The translations under genes were made by a program, and so were the position numbers. From positions 1 through 64,000 of IMG/VR virus record IMGVR_UViG_3300021399_000122: DNA of 64,000 bases, one strand, 5' to 3'. The notes under the pieces are model-generated. The model was not told the origin of the DNA and made no database searches. It was given only the letters and a program-made list of their open reading frames with translations. This DNA is from a virus. Its lineage: Duplodnaviria > Caudoviricetes. Positions 37,065-46,300 of this stretch are shown piece by piece (the first letter of the stretch is position 1; each line of letters begins with the position of its first letter).

Positions 37065-37532
37065 ATGGCTGAATACAGTGCAAATGCCGTCCAGACTGTT
37101 AACCCCGGTGAGGTTGTTGTCTTCACCGCCTCAGATGCTCCTTGCATGAGGAACTTCGTGAGGCACAGAGACGGCACAGGCAGTTTCCTTCTCAGCGGTT
37201 GGCTCCCGCCCTTCATGCACGGTTGCCCTTGCAACTCAAGAACAGCCGAGTATCTTGTAGACTTTGGAGCCAATATCGCTGTGCCTACCGGTGGAACAGC
37301 CGGAGAAATCTCCGTAGCCATCAGCGTTGATGGGACAACTATTCCCGCCAGCACAATGAGAGTCACCCCTGCCGCCGTTGAAGAATACTTCAATGTCAGC
37401 AGATCAATCTCCGTGCCGGTGTGGCGTGGCTGTTGTGAAACAGTCGCAATTCGCAACACAAGTGATCAGCCGATCCTTGTTGAGTCTGCCAACATCAGAT
37501 TCACAAGACCTGATCTGAGCGTTACTTATTGA
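37065..37532 (+). CDS. Beta-sandwich protein, possibly BclA-C/C1q-like
   Basis: Beta-rich pattern YLVDFGANIAVP...VAIRNTS; RBS AGGAGGT. Confidence 0.6.
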   Translation: MAEYSANAVQTVNPGEVVVFTASDAPCMRNFVRHRDGTGSFLLSGWLPPFMHGCPCNSRTAEYLVDFGANIAVPTGGTAGEISVAISVDGTTIPASTMRVTPAAVEEYFNVSRSISVPVWRGCCETVAIRNTSDQPILVESANIRFTRPDLSVTY

Positions 37533-37542
37533 GGAGGAACTT

Positions 37543-37914
37543 ATGGAACTGGAAAAGGTTTTAGAGAATCTTGAAGATTCGGTGAGTTCCGAGCTCGAGA
37601 AACTTGCCAAGAAAGGCGAACTTAACCCGGCAGAGATTAAGAACGCCACCGATGCATTATGCTTACTCGCTAAGATTAAGATGGTCGAAGACGGTGACTA
37701 TTCCGATGAAGAATACTCTGAGACTGACCATGCTTACAGAGGAAGCTATGCAAGAGGCAGAAGTTACCGGAGCCGTAGATATTCAAATGGTTCTAGTAGA
37801 CATAGCATCAATGACCGCATCGTTGATCAGCTTGAAAGAATGATGGACAGTGCAGGCAGTGAGTACGAGCGCAACGTGCTCTCTGGCTGGATCGCAAAAG
37901 TAGAAGCCGAATAA
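37543..37914 (+). CDS. Hypothetical protein with an Arg/Ser/Tyr-rich segment
   Basis: RBS GAGGAGG; YRGSYARGRSYRSRRYS. Confidence 0.75.
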   Translation: MELEKVLENLEDSVSSELEKLAKKGELNPAEIKNATDALCLLAKIKMVEDGDYSDEEYSETDHAYRGSYARGRSYRSRRYSNGSSRHSINDRIVDQLERMMDSAGSEYERNVLSGWIAKVEAE

Positions 37915-38035
37915 TCGGCTGCTTGTCATTGCACCGGATTAACAGCTTGTAGGGTGCTGTTATCCGTTATTAGTTAGCTTGAGGAAGAGGGCTCTTTGTA
38001 GGGAGCCCTCTTATAATCCTACACGAGACAAAGAT

Positions 38036-38536
38036 ATGGCAAAATCTAAAGCAAGGACTAAGACTATTAAACTCGTCATCGACAACAAAGTCTTGGACAG
38101 GTATGCAGAATATTATTTCACGGAACACCCCAAGGCAAGACTATACCCGATAAAACATCCCTTTCATGAAAGCATTAATACGTGGATGGTGATGCGTCGG
38201 CCGATGATGAATGGTTTAAAACAGAAATGGAAGGACTTTATTAAATGGTTTGTCGATGATCAAGGTTGTTCCAACCTGCGCATCAGCAGATGCGAGATTT
38301 CACAGACGATTTATTACGACACAAATCGTAGGCACGATCTCGACAACGGCGTCCCGAAATTTATTTTAGACGGATTGGTCGAGAGCGGAATGATCGTTGA
38401 TGACGATTCAAAACATATAACAAAGTTAACACTTCAGTGCGCGACTGATACTGAACGCCCGAGAACAGAGCTCAGGATCAAGATCGCTGAATATGAGAGT
38501 ACGGCAGAGGATGATTCCCCTGCCCTTTTTATTTAA
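38036..38536 (+). CDS. RusA-like Holliday junction resolvase
   Basis: RRHDLDN...KFILDGL...IVDDD. Confidence 0.75.
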   Translation: MAKSKARTKTIKLVIDNKVLDRYAEYYFTEHPKARLYPIKHPFHESINTWMVMRRPMMNGLKQKWKDFIKWFVDDQGCSNLRISRCEISQTIYYDTNRRHDLDNGVPKFILDGLVESGMIVDDDSKHITKLTLQCATDTERPRTELRIKIAEYESTAEDDSPALFI

Positions 38537-38557
38537 CAAGGATAAAAGGAGAAGACT

Positions 38558-39142
38558 ATGGTAGCTATTAGCAAAGATATTATCTACAAAGACGCAACTA
38601 TTACAGATACATGGAACGGTGTTGAAATTGAAATCAAGCGTTCCCTCACTGCTGAACAGGCCGCGGCTTTTATCAGGTTTGTTTTTGGTAGCTCTATTAC
38701 CGATGACGGCAACTACCTCCCCGAGGTAGAACACACACTCGCAAGGATTGCGACAATTGCCGCATATACAAATATCGAACTGCCGGAGGATGCAAACGAG
38801 CAGTATGACCTGGTTTATGGAACAGACATCTGCGATTGGATCACCGACAGAATCAATTACGACCAGTTTGCAGCCATTGAAGATGGCATCAGAGAACGTC
38901 GCCTCGCATTCAACCGCGACAAGTCAAATGTTGTCGAGAGACAGATGAACGATATGTATGCATCGCTGAGCTCGCTCGTATCAACACTCGAATCAACGGT
39001 TGGTGAGGTCAGCGGCGAACAGCTGGAAGACTTCCTGAAGCTGCTTTCAAATACGAATATCGATGAGAAGAAAGTTGTCTCAGCAGTGTTCGATGAGAAG
39101 GCAAAGCGCAAACAGGTTAAACCTGCGAAAGAATCAGAATAA
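38558..39142 (+). CDS. Hypothetical protein, possible tail assembly chaperone
   Basis: RBS AAGGAG; upstream of the TMP; paralog of the next gene. Confidence 0.6.
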   Translation: MVAISKDIIYKDATITDTWNGVEIEIKRSLTAEQAAAFIRFVFGSSITDDGNYLPEVEHTLARIATIAAYTNIELPEDANEQYDLVYGTDICDWITDRINYDQFAAIEDGIRERRLAFNRDKSNVVERQMNDMYASLSSLVSTLESTVGEVSGEQLEDFLKLLSNTNIDEKKVVSAVFDEKAKRKQVKPAKESE

Positions 39143-39185
39143 TTGAATTAAGGAAGGAGGAGGTGCCGATCGGCACCATTTAATT

Positions 39186-39581
39186 ATGGGACAAATTAAA
39201 AGACTGTCTGCTAATGATGTGATGCGCGTAACCGGCGTCTCCGGGAAGCAGGCAAGGAAGGTTACGTGGCATACTGCCGAATTTATAATGCGACCACTTT
39301 TATCAATTGAAAGTTATTCCAGCCTCGTGGATAGAATCATCAATGATTGTTTTGACGAAAACGGTGTATTTAATTTGGGCGTTTTGGATTTTTCATTACG
39401 CAAAAATATAGTTTCAGCGTATGCATTTGTCGATCTCCCCACCGATGTTGATGATCTTTACAGGGTTTTATACTCATCAGACTTGTTTGATACGGTTTGT
39501 CGATACGCAAACCAAGCGCAGCTTGAGTCAATACTAAGGGTAGTAACAATTTATGTAGGTGAAGTGTATGGACGAAATTGA
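39186..39581 (+). CDS. Hypothetical protein, paralog of the 38558 gene
   Basis: Shared AY....LP.D....Y...Y..D pattern. Confidence 0.6.
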   Translation: MGQIKRLSANDVMRVTGVSGKQARKVTWHTAEFIMRPLLSIESYSSLVDRIINDCFDENGVFNLGVLDFSLRKNIVSAYAFVDLPTDVDDLYRVLYSSDLFDTVCRYANQAQLESILRVVTIYVGEVYGRN

Positions 39582-40290
39582 TGCGTATATAAACCAAATA
39601 GAACAAGATGTGATTAATTTTAAAAAAGCTGTTAGGGCTGAAGAGGCAAAACAGGTCGCCGAAATCAAAGAAAAACTTGCAAAAGATATGGCCAAGAAGC
39701 AGGACGCCGTATACGAGAAGCTGTTTAAAAAGGTAATAAAGAATTATTACGCAGCATACGATCCGAAGTTTTACAAAAGACTGGCAGGGAACAATAGCGG
39801 CGGCTTATTTGAGGTGCTGGATTTACCCGACGACGAGATGACAGACAGATCCACTGTTGGGGTTATGTCGCTTGTTGACGGTGGGCAAATGAGTATTTCG
39901 AAGTATGAGGATGGTGGATTTGTAAGCGAACAGGCACCAGCAGAATTGTTCAGAACTACATTTGAGCTTGGCTACCACGGAGGCGCTACAAAAATTAAAA
40001 AAGGAAAAGCTAAGGTCTGGGGCGAGCACCCAAGTCCCGGCACACCATTCTGGCGTAAAGGTGGCGTAGTCACAGCTAAGAACGGCAAGAAAATTAGACA
40101 CCGATGGGCAAGGTGGCACGTGGCGGCTTTCCAATCAGAAGCGCCTAAAGATTTATTTGAATCGGCAATTCAGGAGGCAGAAGACAGCGAAATTCAAACA
40201 TACTTTATTAAAACAGGGACTAAGTACTGCCAAGAGGTGGAGAAGAATATTGCAGCCTATGCCACCAAACTTGCCCAAGAAACATTTTAA
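39568..40290 (+). CDS. Hypothetical tail-region protein
   Basis: YYAAYDPKFYKR...GYHGG; directly before the TMP. Confidence 0.6.
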   Translation: MDEIDAYINQIEQDVINFKKAVRAEEAKQVAEIKEKLAKDMAKKQDAVYEKLFKKVIKNYYAAYDPKFYKRLAGNNSGGLFEVLDLPDDEMTDRSTVGVMSLVDGGQMSISKYEDGGFVSEQAPAELFRTTFELGYHGGATKIKKGKAKVWGEHPSPGTPFWRKGGVVTAKNGKKIRHRWARWHVAAFQSEAPKDLFESAIQEAEDSEIQTYFIKTGTKYCQEVEKNIAAYATKLAQETF

Positions 40291-40314
40291 TCAACATAAG
40301 GAGGCGATGATGGA

Positions 40315-43300
40315 ATGAGCAATAACGGTAGCAGAGACCTACATTACCATGCCGGTGATATTAATATTGACCTCAATGCAAAATTAAAAGCAGAATTAGC
40401 CGAGGCCCGTGCGGATTTAACTGCCACAAAGGCGCAGCTCGAGGCTAACAATCAAAGCTTAGAAACATATAAGATTAAAGCGGAAGCGGCGGCGGATTCG
40501 CAACAAAGACTGAACAATCAGATCGCAGCCTTGCGATCATCACTTGCCGCCGCCGAGGAAGGTCTCGAAACACTTAAATACGAAACAAATTTCGATCAGT
40601 ACGCAGCTACGGCAAAAAGAGCGGTGGCTGAGTTTAAGGCGTTTTTAACAACCGTAAATTTCAGTGACGTCGATGGAACCTGGCACGACGACGTAAGCCT
40701 GTGGCTTGAAGATCTTGAGAACGGTGCAATGACCGCTGGGCAGGCAATTGCCGAGTTCAAAGCAGAATACACATCATATTTGAATGAAGTTTCTTCTGGC
40801 GGAGGAGGCTTAGACTTACAATCATTTCAATCCTTGTTGGCTACGCTAGAAGAACTAAAAGATTCGCTCGAAAGCGTACTGGAAGAGGTTCGTTTAATCC
40901 GCGAGGAAGGCGTTACCACCGTACAGTCGCAGAGCGGCGTCGGTGGCGTCCTTGAGCAGCTTCAACAGGCCACGCAGGGACTATCGGAAGAATCTAAAGA
41001 GGCATATGATACAATTACCAAACTCGTTACAGGGCTGAACGATTATGGAAATATCGATGCCTCTAAATTATATGCAATAACTAATGCGTTCATTAGTTTG
41101 CAAAATATTGGAAGCGGCACATTTTCAACTAAGACAGTTGAAAACATTATTAGCATGGCTAAGCAATTGGCCGCAGTTGGCCAAGCCGGCCCGATCACCC
41201 TGTCGCTTGATGTTAGTGCCATTGATGGTATTAAGGTCAGCAAAGCGTCCTTAAAGGCACTTGCTGAAAATCTGCCAGAGATTTCTAAGGCGGATGGCGA
41301 TCAGCTCCAAAAAATATTCGCCGCCGACCCTACAAATGGCATAAATAATATTAATGTTAGTAAGGCGAGCCTGGAACATCTCGCAACGAAGTTGCCTGAG
41401 ATTACAAAGATCAACTCTAAAAAGCTCGCAGATATACTTAACGTAAATACAGCCGGGATCAACAGTTTAAAAGTAAGTAAGGCATCTGTAGAAAACATCG
41501 CCAATCTTGCGCGGGCTGCTCAGATATTAAAAGAAAACAATGTAGACCTAACACTAAAAGGCGACCCTAGCGAAGAGCTTAATAAGATAGCGCAGAAGAT
41601 GAGCCAGATCGGCGATGCGGCTGAAACTGCCGCTGACGCCGTCAACGATCTATCGGGTGCATTAGGTTCTCGGGATCTTGAGCCTACCGAGCCAGATGGC
41701 TACAGCCCATTAAATGGAAAAGACTTGGCGGGTAGTGTAAAGAGTGCTTTAAGGTTGCAGGAAGTTCCCGCAGAAAATATTAAAGAAGTTACCAAAGCGG
41801 TTGCTGGAATGCGTGGCGAATTTGTCAGCGCAACAGCGGCATGGCGTGATTACGGGGAAGAAGGACGACACGTCACATCAGTTGTCGTACAAACGGCTAC
41901 TGAGGCGGAAAACGGTATCCAGAAGCTGACTTCACAGGTTGTCGAATTCAAAAGAAATGTGAACGAAGAGACCGGAGAGGTAACGTGGACGTCTAAGCTT
42001 GCCAGCGGAATAGAAAAAATCAAAGCAGTTGCAGACAGTGCAGCGCAATCGACCGATAAGTTAATCAAGCAAAGTGACGCACTCTCCCTAGCCAAGTTGG
42101 ATGATCTTCGTTTAAATGCCGAAAGGGCGATCCAATCAGCATTACGGTCGGGTGTTGGCGACGATAACGATTCTATTGATGCTTTGCGGACGCTTCAGTC
42201 TGTCCTTGGCGATGTGGAATCTGAGTTGAGAAATGCAGATTATTCGCAGAGTGCCTTTAACGAAATCACAAAAGAAGCAAGCGCATTGATTAGTGTTCAC
42301 TCCAAGCAACTCGGTTTTGCGGTACAACAGCAAAAGGAAGAAGCGGCGGCTGTCCGTGAGGCTGAAAAAGCAAAGGCGGCTCTCGTAGATAGGACTAAAG
42401 CTCAAGCAGCCGTAGAGGCAGAGCTTAATAAAGTAATCGGGCCGCTCTATGGCGACGCTATTAAAAACGGCATTTCAGAGAGCGACCCGGGCATGCAGCA
42501 GTTGCAGGCTTATGCATCTGAGCTCTACGCGCTTTATGACTGGATGCAGAATGACGCCAATATGACACAAGCGGAGTTCGAAGAGCATCTTAAAAATATC
42601 AAAGCTTACTATTCAAGTTCAACATCGGCAGTCAAGCAAAGTATTGCTGTTACCAAAGAAGCGGCAAAGGCCGAAAAGGAATTAAATAAGAATCTTGCCT
42701 CTTCCGCGAAAGTTCGCGAATCGGTTGCATCTGCTGTTGAGAGGTATAAGAAGGCAGAATCGTCTTCCGACGAAAACGTTCGGCAGAGTTATTTGAACAT
42801 CCAGTCTCTGACTAACAAGCTGGCAGTCCTTGAAACGAGATATAAAAAAGGAGACATCTCGGCAGAGCAGTTCAAAAAGGGAATTGCAGACGCGAACGCG
42901 GAGCTTCGTAGGAGTTCTCAGTCGCTTGATGACGCTGGCTACGGTGTAGACGGCCTGTCAACAAAGTTCGCAAGGCTCACGCAGGAGCTCGGCCGATTCC
43001 TCTCCCCTTTCCTCCTTGCGCGTCAGGCATGGCAGACCATCAAGCAGATGGCGAACGTGGTCATCGAATTGGAAGATGCGTTTGCCCAGTTGCAGATTGT
43101 AACCGGCGCAACAGATAAGGAACTCGAGGAGTTCTATTCGACAGCTTCTGATATCGCAACAAACCTCGGTAAGAGCATCACCGATATTGCGAAGTCTATT
43201 GAGGTCTTCTCAAGATTGGGTTACTCCCTTCCGGACGCAACAGTGCTTGCAGAGTATGCAACCATGTTGTCAAATGTTGCGAGCGTAACAACTGACCAGG

Positions 43301-46300
43301 CTACTACCGGTCTCACCTCTATCATCAAAGGTTATAACATGCACGTCGAGGACGCCGAACACGTCTCCGACGTTTTAGTTAGCATCGGTCAGAAGTACGC
43401 GGTCTCTGCTGGTGAAATGATGGAGGCCTACGAAAAGGCTGGTGCGGCATTAGCGGCAACCAACACATCATTTGATAAATCGGCGGCGTTAATTGCTGCG
43501 GCAAACGCTGCAGTGCAAAACTCGTCTATTGTAGGAACTGCCCTGAAAACAATTTCTGCAAGAATCAGAGGTTCTAAAACAGACCTCGAGGAGCTTGGTG
43601 AAAGTACAGAAGACCTCGCCGACGGTTTCTCTAAATACGCAAAAGAAATTAAGGCATTAACCAATGTCGACATCATGGTTGAAGGAACAACCAATCAGTT
43701 CAAAGACCTGTACGACATCATGGATGAAATCGCCGAGGTATGGGACGACCTCACCGATACACAACAAGCAAGAACCGCCGAGATCCTTGGTGGCACAAGG
43801 CAGTTGCAGGTTATTGCATCTATCATCAACAACTGGAAAGACGCGCAAGGCGCTTATGTGGACGCGCAGAATTCGGCTGGCGAAGCCGCCCGCGCAAACT
43901 CCATTTATATGGATACTGCAACGGCACACATGAACCAGTTCAAGGCCGCCTTCCAAGAATTAGCACACACAATTATTGATAGTGATTTCCTTAAGCAGGT
44001 TATTGACATTGGAACGGCGATGCTTAAAGCGGCAGACGCCGTTACAAGGTTCATTGAGTCGGCTGGAGGATTGGCGCCTCTTTTAATCAATATTTCCGGG
44101 TTGCTCCTTGTCCTAAGAGGAAATGACATCATCAAATTGCTCAGCAAGGCTGGCACTGCTATGGCAAGCCTTATTAGTACCGTTGGTACTTGGCTAGGGA
44201 CGTTAACAACGGCTGGCGCAGGTGTTATTACGACACTGGATATGGTCGAAGTAAGCGCAACATCCGCAGCGGCTGCAACTGCGCCACTGACAGGAATCAT
44301 TGGTGCGGTAATGGTTGCTGCATCTGCACTTGCCGCAATGGTTATCAGAACAAAGAACAGCATTGCACAAGCTCGTGAAGAGACTATTAGAGCTGGTGAG
44401 GCAGCGGCCACCGAAAGTGCTGAGCTTGTAAACCTTACACAAGCGTATGAAGAACTTGTTAAAGTTGGTTCTGACAGCGCCGCAATTATTGAAGCTAGAG
44501 ACAAGGTACTTGATAAACTGCATGTTGAGTATGACGAGCTCCAGCGGCTGATTGCCGAGTACGGATCATATGAAGAGGCAATTAAACACGCAGCAGCGTC
44601 ACAGGTAGCAGCACAGCGTGCTACATTGCAAGGCGCGTATAACAACGCGGCAAAGAATCTTACGTCGAGCGGATATGAGAGTGCTGGGGCAGCGCACAGA
44701 ATTGATTATGGCGACAACCCAGCTGCAGATAGACGTGCGATCAAAGCTTTGTCTGGCGCAGGATATATAAGCGGCTCTTCCAACGGATTCGGAGGGAGCG
44801 TCGTTAACTATAACCTTGGGGATCTTTCTACAACCGAAGGCATCATCGAAGCGTATGGCAGACTGCACGACATGATGAATATGTTGATCGATGATGGCCA
44901 TGCAAATACAGCCGTATATCAGGATCTTTATAATCTGTATACACAACTCCAAGTCGGTGTAGATTCTTACAATAGCGCACTGAACAACTTAATCGCAAAC
45001 GAGCTGCAGCAACAATACCTTGAGCAAGGTGTTCCTCAGACTGCCGCCGAGTATTCCAACCTCCGTAATCAATTGATCTCAACAGTAATGGCATCGGATC
45101 AATTCTCTGGGTCTATGGCCGAGGCCGGTGCAGTTGTTGACGACTTCCTTGGCAAACAATACGGGCTCGAAGAATTCTCTAACGGCATTCAAGGTGCATT
45201 TAGTAATATCACAAGCGGAGCCGACGCAATCAATGCAGTGCATGATGCGTTTAAGGGTGTCAAGGATACAATCGATGGAGTCACGAGCTCATTGCAGGCG
45301 GTCAGCTCGGTACAAGATCTTGTAGCCAATGGCTTTGTAGTCGATGCTCAGAAAGCTATGGAACTTGCGGCCGCCTACCCCGAAATTCTTGATAACGCAA
45401 CTGTTACCGCAGAAGGTCAGCTTCAATTAAATGAAGCGGCGGTAAACTCGTTTATTGAAGGCAAAGAGAGCGAGATCAACGCGTCAATTGACGCAAAGAT
45501 TGCCGACCTTCGAGCAGACGAAGCTGTGTTGGAGGCGAAGAAGGAATTCGCAACAGGTCAATTACAGATGGCTCAAGCGGTTGCCGAGGGCGAAGATGCT
45601 ATTACGGTATCGCAGTTAAAGAATAGACTTGAAAATTCAAATAAAGTTGTCAACGCCCTTATCCAGATGGGGTACGATGAGGCAACAGCTTATCAGATGG
45701 CGTTGGAGGCAATGTCTGAAAACGTTAGTATCTTCGACGGTAACGTAGGTGATGCGGCGCAAAATATTGCTGACAACTTCGCATCTGCCTCTGAAAGTAG
45801 CGCCAACTCTCTGAACACCAACACGATCCTCATGAATTCCAACATTAACAAGATTACCTCTCACGCCCACGAAGCGGCTAAGGCCGTGAATGGAATCGGA
45901 AGTGGTAATGTTGCTGGTAACGTTTATGATGATGGTGGAGCCGGATCTGCGCATGTCAAAAACTTTAACAAAGCCACAAATAAAAGGGCGCTTGTCAATG
46001 CTGCAGTCAGAGAGAGCAACCGCAACAATGTCGACCTTCAAAATCTGATTTCTAACATTAAAGCGGATATCAGCGGGTACACCGCAGCGATCGGCGCCAT
46101 CCACGGCCAGATTAGTGCGTTAGAGGGGTTGCGCAACTCTGCAATAAGCGGTATTCGAAATTATAAGCCGAGCTCATCTGGCGGCTCCGGAGGTTCCGGT
46201 GGCGGTGGTGGAGGTGGCGGTGGCGGAGGCGGAGGTTCTGGCTCTGGCTCTTCTGAGAAAGAAGAGACTTGGTTCCAGAAACAATACAAACTCCACCAAC

